Shown piece by piece: positions 34,699 through 44,025 of a DNA stretch of 64,000 nt. Under the pieces are notes generated by a model that made no database searches, was not told the origin of the DNA, and saw only the letters and a list, made by a program, of their open reading frames with translations. This DNA is from Histomonas meleagridis 2922-C6/04-290x. Taxonomy: Eukaryota; Protista; Parabasalia. The translations under genes were made by a program, and so were the position numbers. The stretch spans positions 1 through 64,000 of the forward strand of contig JAANOX010000002.1 of the NCBI GenBank assembly GCA_020184695.1. The letters run 5' to 3'. The first letter of the stretch is position 1. The number at the start of each line of letters is the position of its first letter.

Positions 34699-36198
34699 TT
34701 GAAGTCAAAATATGCCACATCAGAAATGGAAAAAAGCACCAACGAAAATTTTCCCACCCAATTAGAAACCAAAATGACGACTGCTCTTGACAAACCTCAA
34801 CTTGCACCAAAAGTGGAACCTTCTGATAATAAAAAAGTTAAAGAAAATTCATCAACAGAAAATACTAATATGCAAAATACTTCAACGCCAGATTCCCAAA
34901 ACATGTGCTCCATGGACCCTAAAGTTCTTGAGTTTCCATGTGGTCCTCAATCATTTTATGGTGCAATGAAAATAACTGTTTGCAGTGGTTTTCCTGTTGT
35001 CCATGGTGCTAAATTATCCCCTGGCTACTCTCAATTATTTTTTGCTCCAATGTATACACTTCCAATTACTTTTTATTCATCTGAAAAGTTTTCACTCAAA
35101 ATTGAACCGTATAACAAAGATAAACTTGTGCATGACGAGAGAGAATATTACTTCCCGAAAAATTATACGCCAGAAAACTTCAAACAAATTTTTCCAGGAT
35201 CATATCATTCTTCAACCATCGAAGGTCCGACATACCCAGAAACGGCTGAAAAATTTATAACTTCCATTTTAAACGAGGGTCCAATAACTATTTTTGTAGT
35301 TGGAAATCAATCATCTGGAAAATCCACATTCACAAAATATCTTGTCAATAACCTACTCAACTCTTATTCTAATGTTTATTATCTTGATTTAGATCCTGGA
35401 CAACCTGAAATCTTTCTTCCTGGATGTATTACGGCATCTAAAATTAACAGGTACTTACTCAATCCCCCTGAATTCAACTTTAGGTTTGCTGGTAATAAGC
35501 AATTCATTGGCTCTTTCTCACCAACAAAAGCATTTACAAAACATGTTGAAGTTCTTTTTAAACGGCTCCCCACAGACACTTTTGTTGTAATCAATTCATT
35601 TGGCTGGATCAAAGGATTAGGACTTGAAATACACCAAAACCTTCTAAACATAATAAAGCCAAATGCCATTATCATGTTACACAAGGCTGATGAGACTCCA
35701 ACGGTAATGAGCAATTCACAGATCAACATTGAAATTATTCCACGCAGAGGGCCAAACATGATTTTCCCCAAAAGACATAGAATCCTTAGAAAAACAGCAT
35801 ACTTTGAAAGGAACGTGTTGAGTTCAAACAAGTTAATTGTGGCCTCGATATCATCATTCAGATTAATATTTCTTGGCACACAAGAAAAGCCATTAACTGA
35901 ACTGTGTGGTGCAACAGTTGCGCTATGTAACGAGCCAATGAATTTTTGGCGTGAAAAACCAAAAGTGTCGACATTGTACTCAATGCCATCGATCTGGTGC
36001 AACTCAATTGCAATGATAAAATCGGTAGACGAAGAGCATGGAACTGTGTCCATCTACTCGCCAATCCCACATGTAACGTTTAATGTCATTGTGTATGGGA
36101 TCATTAACACATTCAAAACGAATCCTCCAAGTGCACCACCAGCTAAAGATATCGAACCAGTAGCAGTGGACAATGAAAAGAAAGAAGAATCAGGTTAA
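34699..36198 (+). CDS. Polynucleotide 5'-hydroxyl kinase, NOL9/Grc3/Clp1 family
   Basis: VVGNQSSGKSTF P-loop, YYLDLDPGQPE and VVINSFGWIKGLG. Confidence 0.8.
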   Translation: MKSKYATSEMEKSTNENFPTQLETKMTTALDKPQLAPKVEPSDNKKVKENSSTENTNMQNTSTPDSQNMCSMDPKVLEFPCGPQSFYGAMKITVCSGFPVVHGAKLSPGYSQLFFAPMYTLPITFYSSEKFSLKIEPYNKDKLVHDEREYYFPKNYTPENFKQIFPGSYHSSTIEGPTYPETAEKFITSILNEGPITIFVVGNQSSGKSTFTKYLVNNLLNSYSNVYYLDLDPGQPEIFLPGCITASKINRYLLNPPEFNFRFAGNKQFIGSFSPTKAFTKHVEVLFKRLPTDTFVVINSFGWIKGLGLEIHQNLLNIIKPNAIIMLHKADETPTVMSNSQINIEIIPRRGPNMIFPKRHRILRKTAYFERNVLSSNKLIVASISSFRLIFLGTQEKPLTELCGATVALCNEPMNFWREKPKVSTLYSMPSIWCNSIAMIKSVDEEHGTVSIYSPIPHVTFNVIVYGIINTFKTNPPSAPPAKDIEPVAVDNEKKEESG

Positions 36199-36438
36199 TC
36201 TGTGTAATTTTTCAAAATTTGATACCATGGAAATGAATAAAAAGAACTGTCAAACATTTGTTCACAATGTTTAAGCATTTGTTCTGGTAATTAGTTTTGT
36301 CGAAATTTGTAGATATTTCAAAATTAAATTAAAATTCAATTAATCCTTTTTAGAGATATGTATTAAGTGATAGTTCGAAATTAAATGTAGGTTGGGAAAT
36401 TAGTGTTTTTACTAAATTTGATTAATCAATTAAATTTT

Positions 36439-37542
36439 TCAAAGTGTATCAAACTTTTCACCTGTTTTAACTTCGTCCGTGTATAATTCGCGTGGCAATA
36501 TGTTTGGATATGCGTGCCACTGGCGGATTGATATATCACCATGTCCTCCTGTTAATGTTCGTACTTTCCCATCTTTTGATGTGAATGTGCCTTCAACTTT
36601 ATCAAAAATGAGTGTCGCAACGGGATTATCTGGGACCTTAAATGTGACTCCCCATGTTGTGGCATTGCCTACGTGCGCATGAACCTCATAAACGCCATCT
36701 TCAACTTCAATTGTGATCGTGTAATTTGTTGGAATAAATCCGTCAAGTTCTCTCAAGAAAGCCCAATCTTCATGAGTGATTGTCATTTTGCCCTCCGGGT
36801 AATGTTTCTTGTTCTCGATGTCATATATTGAAAGATCTTTCATTCCCAATCTCATGTCATATAAAGATGAGTGGATTTCGTTGAAAGCAATGAAGCCCCA
36901 ATCTTCCCAGCCACCAAGTTCAGCTGCGGAACTATCAACAGCAACATAACGTTCTCTGATGCCGAAACCTTTGACATTGATTCTCTTTCCGTTCCAATCA
37001 AGATAACCATCAACTTGGCCACTCCAGTTGTATCCGTATGTGATGGAGTGTTGTGTGAGATATGATGGTTTATCTCTCCCATACCATAATGGAAAACCTT
37101 GTGGACGATGCCAGAGTTCCGCTTTGTAGTTTTGGCCTGGAAGACTTATGAGTAAATGCCATGTATGATCTGCATTGCATTCAACTTTGAATTGAGGACC
37201 GCATGTGACAACGACTTTATCTTCAAATTTTTCAATGGAAAGTGTGCCCTTTGGTTGCTTAATAAGCTCGTTAAATGCGTATCCTGGATATCTACCAACC
37301 TTGTAGATAGAAGATGGAAGTTGTTGAACTTTACCAAATCCTTTTGAGAGGCCTATAGAAACAATATCAAGTTGTTCAACTGCTAAAGAAAGGATTGAGC
37401 CACCACAACAGTATGTTTCTCCATCATCTCCTTCAACAACAAAAGATGTAAGCCAGTCTAAGAAGCCACTTCTTACATCTTCCTTAACGCCTGACCTTGC
37501 TTCGTCGTCAAGTGTAACACCTGGGTTTTCTATTCTAACCAT
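36439..37542 (-). CDS. Uncharacterised beta-rich protein, bacterial-like (possibly AttH/lipocalin-like fold)
   Basis: Intact 367-aa ORF with a tandem Inr upstream. Trp/Gly-rich beta pattern (GQVDGYLDWNGKRINVKGFGIRER). Fold assignment is weak. Confidence 0.6.
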   Translation of the reverse strand: MVRIENPGVTLDDEARSGVKEDVRSGFLDWLTSFVVEGDDGETYCCGGSILSLAVEQLDIVSIGLSKGFGKVQQLPSSIYKVGRYPGYAFNELIKQPKGTLSIEKFEDKVVVTCGPQFKVECNADHTWHLLISLPGQNYKAELWHRPQGFPLWYGRDKPSYLTQHSITYGYNWSGQVDGYLDWNGKRINVKGFGIRERYVAVDSSAAELGGWEDWGFIAFNEIHSSLYDMRLGMKDLSIYDIENKKHYPEGKMTITHEDWAFLRELDGFIPTNYTITIEVEDGVYEVHAHVGNATTWGVTFKVPDNPVATLIFDKVEGTFTSKDGKVRTLTGGHGDISIRQWHAYPNILPRELYTDEVKTGEKFDTL

Positions 37543-37547
37543 TAAGA

Positions 37548-37557
37548 AATGAAGTGA
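37548..37557 (-). promoter_or_regulatory. Tandem trichomonad initiator (Inr) elements TCACT/TCATT
   Basis: TCACTTCATT lies 6 nt upstream of the ATG at 37542 and matches the parabasalid TCAYW Inr. Similar motifs precede ATGs at 11311, 13794, 15034, 19636 and 56886. Confidence 0.6.
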
Positions 37558-38017
37558 TTTACATCATCGGAAAATCGGTGGAAAAAATGAAAAGCGCCCA
37601 GAAACTTTTTGAGATGTCTCACCGTTATCTCAATTTCATTGAAAAAATTGATAAGCGTTAACGATCGATAGAAAATTGGAGAAAAGCGATGTACACTTGA
37701 AAAATCAACCAGCTTGATGATGATGTATGTAAATAAATTCTAAATATATTAAAAATGTTTCTTAATAATAATATGTTGCAATAATTTTATTAGAAATACT
37801 ATTCAAAACCTCTAAAGACATCACATTTTAATAAATTTTTTTTCTAGAAAGATATAGATTAGATAGTAACTTTAAAAAATTCTTTATTCATGTTATTTTA
37901 TTCGGTGTTTACTTCATAATTATGAATTAATTCACTCATTTCATTCTTAAAGATATTATTATGTAACAATTTTTAGATATAAAACATTTTTAATATTTTA
38001 TTAATACAAATTTACAA

Positions 38018-40648
38018 TTATGTCAGGACAGAGGTTGGCTGCAGATATCTTTGCTCATCTGGAAATTGCATTTGAGGAATTGTGCTCGGCAAAAGGGGCT
38101 CTATTTCCGGCTCATATTCATAAAGCAATTTGTACAGTTCTGTTGTCACATTACACATTTCGTTATCTGCTTGATAAAACATGTTTACAAGCCTCAAGAA
38201 AATTGGTTCTATTTCATCACTTTCGAGTTTTGCTTGTAATTGTTTCATAGATTTTGTGTTCAGTCTTTTTGTAGTTTGCAACAGAAGTTTAATTGATGTA
38301 TTCACGAATTTAAATGAAAAATTTTCTGTTTTTATTTCATTCATAATTACATTTGCGATAGTTATAAATGGCTGATACGAATAATTCCTTAAAAGTAATG
38401 TTGCGATTTCAATTCGTGTAACATTAGAAACATTTCGATCAAGAAAAACAGATGACAAAGTCGAATATAAACTCTTTGCATCTTCTTCTCTAATTAATTG
38501 GATTAATTTATTTAATATTATAATCGAAATGGATTCCATCGAATTATCAATCGCTTTATTATTAATCGAATTAATAATCAATTCAATTAATTGACCAATA
38601 TTCGAATTACTCAAAAAAGGAATTATTAAAAAGCATTTTAATATTTGTGGCCCTAACTTAGTTTTTGCAAACAGTTTTGTAGCAGATATTAAGTAATCAA
38701 ATGACGTTATTTGAATTTCATTAATTTTTATGATTTTTGAAATGGCGTTCAAAATTGAAATAAAAATTGACTGGTGTAAATGGTTTTCATTCAATTGGAA
38801 CGTTTCCTTTTGAAATATTTCGGTTGCAAAAAAGTCGGTTAAAATTTTTCTTGCTTGTTCGTCTTCTGTCGTATGTAAATCATTATTTAAGAATGTACTC
38901 AAGATGTAAATTGCATGACATCTTAAAGAGAATATAAAATCACCATTTGATATGATACTTCCAATAAAATCTATAATTGTTGTATCACCACTATCACCGA
39001 AATTATATAAAATTCGATGCAATGAAGATAACGCATCATGTTGAGTGAAAGGTGATTCATCAAAAGTACGGATCAAGTTAATTAACATTTTATACGGCAT
39101 GAAATATGTTGTAATTAATGGAATTCGAGGATTTGTTTCGATGTATGTGTATAAAATCGATTTAATCGGATTCAGAATCGGATTTTTCTTCACTTTCTTT
39201 CGACCGGACACTAAAAACTCAACATTTTTATTATCTTTAGTTAAATCGATTAGTTTTGTTTGACTTATTGAAGAATTCACATGAATTACTTTAAACGTTA
39301 TTGGTATACTTGAGTTATTACGTTTTGGAACATTTGTTAATCGTAATGTTAAGTCGATTTTCATTAATGATATTAAATCAGTAGCGCCGCCTGTCTCATA
39401 AAATAATTCAGCAGATGGAATACAACTTGTACGAATGAATGCAGTTATGAAATCTTCAGGCGTTTGAATATATTTTGATAATTCGGAAATTAAATTTTCT
39501 TTGTTAAGTTCATTCGGAAATAACGAAAAAAACATTTGACTATTATCATAATGTATGAAATTTGCAATTGTTTGGACTGTAAAAAATGATTTAAGTCGAT
39601 TTGGATTACGTAAATTCCAAAAGTTTTTTCTCAATGAATTATTAATCATTTCAATCGAATATGTTTGTTGTGTACTACATTTCCATAAATATCGAACCAT
39701 TAACCACTCATAAATAGAAACACCAGACTCACCTAATACAGCAATAATAAATTCTTTGGACATAAAACTAATTAATCCATGAATAAACCAATTCACTTCT
39801 GGAGTGGCACTTTTTGAATAACCGTATTTTTGGTATGCTAAAGAATATGAAAACGCATAAACTAAATGAAATGAAGCTGGAATAGGAATAATAGTTGGGA
39901 AATCATTACACTCGGAAATAAAGTCTTGTGATATAATTACATATGAGCTCGTGATTTCTACGTCATCTGAAACTTCGGGTAAAATTAAAAATGGAACACA
40001 GTGGAAATCAATAGGAAAATGTTGAATAAATGAAAAAATTGAGTCATCAATATCATTGAGCGTGACAACTAAAACGTTGTAAATGTTTTTAATATTAAGA
40101 TAACCAACTGCCCATCCAAGTGTCGCATAATCACTTTGTGTAAGATCAAATGATGCTTTTGTTTGATTTAATAAAACTGGAGGAGATGGGCCAAAAAATG
40201 TATAGCCTTCTCTGTCAACTGATATTGTGAGATTTGATATGGAAAATTCAATCATTGGAGATTGAATCATAGGAAACCACCCTGAAACTCCAAATGGTTT
40301 ATTTGTTGTGCAAAAAAATGTTGAATACCGCAAAAGAGATGGGTTTTCTTTTGTAATAATAAATTTGATTATTACTTCAAAAGTTAAATCATGAAAAGAT
40401 TCTTTTAAAAACGGATTTAAATTTTCATTAGTTGGAAGATATATACACATATTCCCATGCCTTTGGTCATTTCTTCTTGATATAAAGGGTGACACACCAT
40501 TAATAAAAACAGAAATAATTTGAATTTGTGATGAACATGAAAAAATTATATAAGGTTCATCGCACTCTGTTATAATACCTGATAACTGTCCTTCTATTGT
40601 ATTGTTACTAATTGACACATTGAATTGGAGAGATGATGTAAATCTCAT
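38018..40648 (-). CDS. M1-aminopeptidase-fold protein, possibly TAF2-like
   Basis: 876 aa; GWFPMI, WFIHGLISFM..F...VLG.S segment and C-terminal helical repeats; no HEXXH motif. Assignment by resemblance only. Confidence 0.45.
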   Translation of the reverse strand: MRFTSSLQFNVSISNNTIEGQLSGIITECDEPYIIFSCSSQIQIISVFINGVSPFISRRNDQRHGNMCIYLPTNENLNPFLKESFHDLTFEVIIKFIITKENPSLLRYSTFFCTTNKPFGVSGWFPMIQSPMIEFSISNLTISVDREGYTFFGPSPPVLLNQTKASFDLTQSDYATLGWAVGYLNIKNIYNVLVVTLNDIDDSIFSFIQHFPIDFHCVPFLILPEVSDDVEITSSYVIISQDFISECNDFPTIIPIPASFHLVYAFSYSLAYQKYGYSKSATPEVNWFIHGLISFMSKEFIIAVLGESGVSIYEWLMVRYLWKCSTQQTYSIEMINNSLRKNFWNLRNPNRLKSFFTVQTIANFIHYDNSQMFFSLFPNELNKENLISELSKYIQTPEDFITAFIRTSCIPSAELFYETGGATDLISLMKIDLTLRLTNVPKRNNSSIPITFKVIHVNSSISQTKLIDLTKDNKNVEFLVSGRKKVKKNPILNPIKSILYTYIETNPRIPLITTYFMPYKMLINLIRTFDESPFTQHDALSSLHRILYNFGDSGDTTIIDFIGSIISNGDFIFSLRCHAIYILSTFLNNDLHTTEDEQARKILTDFFATEIFQKETFQLNENHLHQSIFISILNAISKIIKINEIQITSFDYLISATKLFAKTKLGPQILKCFLIIPFLSNSNIGQLIELIINSINNKAIDNSMESISIIILNKLIQLIREEDAKSLYSTLSSVFLDRNVSNVTRIEIATLLLRNYSYQPFITIANVIMNEIKTENFSFKFVNTSIKLLLQTTKRLNTKSMKQLQAKLESDEIEPIFLRLVNMFYQADNEMCNVTTELYKLLYEYEPEIEPLLPSTIPQMQFPDEQRYLQPTSVLT

Positions 40649-41634
40649 CCCCCGTGTACGTTAATTATGTAAAGTATTTAATAAAATTTTTGCACAAAGA
40701 TTACTCATGCGAATCCAAATTTTTAGCATTAATGGAATTCCGTTTGGTTTAAAAAGTAGTTTTGAAATTTTTATATGGTCATTTGAATGTGTTTTCATAT
40801 GTGCTGTATAAGGTAAGGAAACATTATTGTTTGATTGGAATAATAATTTTACTGAAACCACACCAAACTCTTTGAATGACATATATGAAAATATAATTAA
40901 ACAAACAATCCGAGAAACTTATTGGATTTGAACATATTTTGCTTAACTTAACAACAAAGAAATAAAGAACTTTTTGATCCAATCTGGAATTCGAATTGAT
41001 TCAAGGTTTTCAAGACTAATTAAACAAAAAAGCTTTATAATTTTTTTTTAAAGATAAAAACAATTTCAAATAACTCTTGAAAATATGTGATACAAGGGTC
41101 AAATAACCCTATTATTCATTGTTGTGACAATAAATTTTACTCAGATTATGTTGGCTAATGTTCTTTTGTGAAACACAAAGGCACAACCCACAAGGTTGCT
41201 CATTATAATATTAAGAATTTTCAAAAGCATTCAAATTTTTGTTGTATCGTATATGTCATTTTTTATTTTTATAGAATATTTTAGGCGAAATAAGAAATTA
41301 TTTTTATTTTTTTTATAACACAATTGAATGAGCAAATATTTTCTCACAAACATGTTTTATTGCATGGTTTACAAAATCGAAAAATCCGATACGTTCAATT
41401 CCTTTCAAATCCTGGAGCACCATTCATCAGACCCCTCGTGAATTACTGCTTGTTCAATGTGAGATTTTCCCAAGCAATATATTTTCAATTTTTTTTAAGG
41501 ATTTCTTTCCCGATAAAAAACGTTTTCATCGTTGTAAATTTAAAAATTTTGACTTTTTTCAATTGACAAGAAAAAGGACTTTGATTTGAATAAATAATGG
41601 CTGAACTTTGAATACAACCGTTAACCTATTGAAT

Positions 41635-43581
41635 ATGGGTTCGTCCCAATCTGCTCCTCCTGGCACATACTCTTCCAATGCAACTACTGAAGTGACACCA
41701 TACACAATTCGTCGTCACCCAAAGTATGCTGATGGCGTTTTACAACTTCCAAAAGAATATCCAAACGGTCAAGCAATTTATCTTAAATCAATGGAAAAAT
41801 ATAAAGAAAATGATTATGTAGGTAACAGAAAAATTGAAAATGGTGTTAGGGCTGATAATTTCACATACATTAAATATAAAGAAGCATTTGAAATTTCAAA
41901 CAATTTTGCTTCTGGGTTATCAAAGTTAGGGATCAAAAGTAAAGATTATGTTGCATTGTACAGTGAAAATCGTCCTGAATGGATATTAGCTTCAGATTCA
42001 TCATACATATTAGGATTTACAGTTATTCATCTTTATGATACATTTGCTTTAGATGCATTAGAGTTTTCCATTGTTAACTGTGGAACGCATAGCATTATAC
42101 TTAGTAAGAAAAATATGAAAAAATTTCATCAACTGAATGATAAAGTACTTCAACAATTCCATAATATTATACTTTTTGACGAAATTACAGCCGATGAAAT
42201 ACCTTTTAAGACAAAAGTTGAAAGTTTCGGAATCAAATTTATGACATTTGACGAAGTTTGTAAACTTGGATCTGACGCACGAATTCCACCTGCGGACATT
42301 GATCCCGAACAAATCATGTATGTTTGTTATAGTTCAGGCACCACAGGATTTCCAAAAGGCGTCATGATCAGTAATCGATCATTTGTGACAAATCTTATTG
42401 CAATACATTCCGAAGGTACCAATGCGACATTTGAACGCCATCTTTCATATTTACCATTATGCCATGTCTTTGAAAAAATGTGTTCCAGTTGTGTTTTATT
42501 TAGCGGCGGTAAAATTGGAATTTTTAGTGGCGAAGTCGCATTGTTAGCCAAAGACATGAGTATATTAAAGCCGACAGTCTTTTGTGTTGTTCCACGTGTA
42601 TTACAACGAATCCATGAATCCATTAACACGCAAATTAAGTCCTCATCAATCATTGTACGAGGCATCTATAACACGATGTATTATTTGAAAAGCTTTTTAT
42701 TGAATTATGATCTTCCAACATTTATACCCGACTTCATAGTGTTTAATCGCATCAAAAATATTTTAGGCGGAAGTATCGAACAAATAGTTAATGGAGCAGC
42801 AGCGTTACCAATAAATGTACATAAGGATATGCAAGTAATTTTTGGGATACCGATTCGTACTGGATATGGATTATCCGAAGGCGGAAGTGGTAATACATTA
42901 TCACCATTTAAACTTCAACATATTAAATTCGGCACAAATGGTTATCCATTAGCTAATGTTGAAATACGTATTGAACCTGTCGAAGATTTTGATGAATATG
43001 GAACAGGTGAAATCCAAATGGGCGGAACAGGTTTATGCTCAGGTTATCTTAATGACATTGAAGGAACGAATAACTTGTTCGTTGATAAAGATCATACATG
43101 GATTCATACTGGTGATATTGGGAAATTTGATGAAGATAACGCACTAATCATTGTCGATCGAATGAGATCAATATTTAAGTTGTCGCAAGGAGAATACGTC
43201 GCCGGCGATTTGTTGGCTACGTTCTTCGAGGCAAGTCCTTTGATACAAAACATTTTCGTTTATGGAGATTCGACAAGACAATATTTGGTCGCTATTGTCA
43301 TACCGAATAAGAAAGAAGTCGAGTTGTTCTTCAATAAGAAATTCGATGATTCCGAATTCGATGAAATTTGTAAATCAGTCGAATTGAATCAGGAAATTAT
43401 GAAACAAATTGATGATATTAGCGTCGAAAAGAAGTTGTTGGGTTACCAGAAAATTAAGAAAATTTTGTGCGTAAATGACCAATGGAATGTCGACAATGGA
43501 TGCATGTCGCCAACATTCAAGTTGAAAAGAAAAGTTTTGGCTGAACGATATAAAGATGAAATTAATGAACTTTACAAATAA
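41635..43581 (+). CDS. Long-chain acyl-CoA synthetase (AMP-binding); MGSSQS N-myristoylation motif
   Basis: YSSGTTGFPKG, GYGLSEG, WIHTGDIG and IVDRMRSIFKLSQGEYVA. Confidence 0.9.
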   Translation: MGSSQSAPPGTYSSNATTEVTPYTIRRHPKYADGVLQLPKEYPNGQAIYLKSMEKYKENDYVGNRKIENGVRADNFTYIKYKEAFEISNNFASGLSKLGIKSKDYVALYSENRPEWILASDSSYILGFTVIHLYDTFALDALEFSIVNCGTHSIILSKKNMKKFHQLNDKVLQQFHNIILFDEITADEIPFKTKVESFGIKFMTFDEVCKLGSDARIPPADIDPEQIMYVCYSSGTTGFPKGVMISNRSFVTNLIAIHSEGTNATFERHLSYLPLCHVFEKMCSSCVLFSGGKIGIFSGEVALLAKDMSILKPTVFCVVPRVLQRIHESINTQIKSSSIIVRGIYNTMYYLKSFLLNYDLPTFIPDFIVFNRIKNILGGSIEQIVNGAAALPINVHKDMQVIFGIPIRTGYGLSEGGSGNTLSPFKLQHIKFGTNGYPLANVEIRIEPVEDFDEYGTGEIQMGGTGLCSGYLNDIEGTNNLFVDKDHTWIHTGDIGKFDEDNALIIVDRMRSIFKLSQGEYVAGDLLATFFEASPLIQNIFVYGDSTRQYLVAIVIPNKKEVELFFNKKFDDSEFDEICKSVELNQEIMKQIDDISVEKKLLGYQKIKKILCVNDQWNVDNGCMSPTFKLKRKVLAERYKDEINELYK

Positions 43582-44025
43582 AAATTTCTCTTTCTATGTT
43601 TTGCAGACGCTTCTGATTTAATGATATTAATTCACTGTTGGAAATATTAATATGTTTATACATCACTCACGAGTCGATGGTAAGCTCTGTGTTTTTGATA
43701 TATTTCAAGCTTTTATTTGATTTTATTTTCTTGGTTTTTCTGAGTACTTCTTTTAATACAGCATATTGTATAATCTATAAGTGCATATGATTTAAATATA
43801 TTGACTGCTTGAAGTGATACAATATCTATACATGTTATTTTTAATCTAATAATGAAGTGAAAAAATGGAAGATATCATCAAAAACGATAATAATTCAAAA
43901 TATGTTTATATAGAAAAGTCATTAAAATATTTTGTTTACTGTTATATAACTGGTGCTATTATTCATCAAACTTTTAAATACATATAAATTTACATTCTAT
44001 ATTTTTATTAATTCAACAAAAACAT

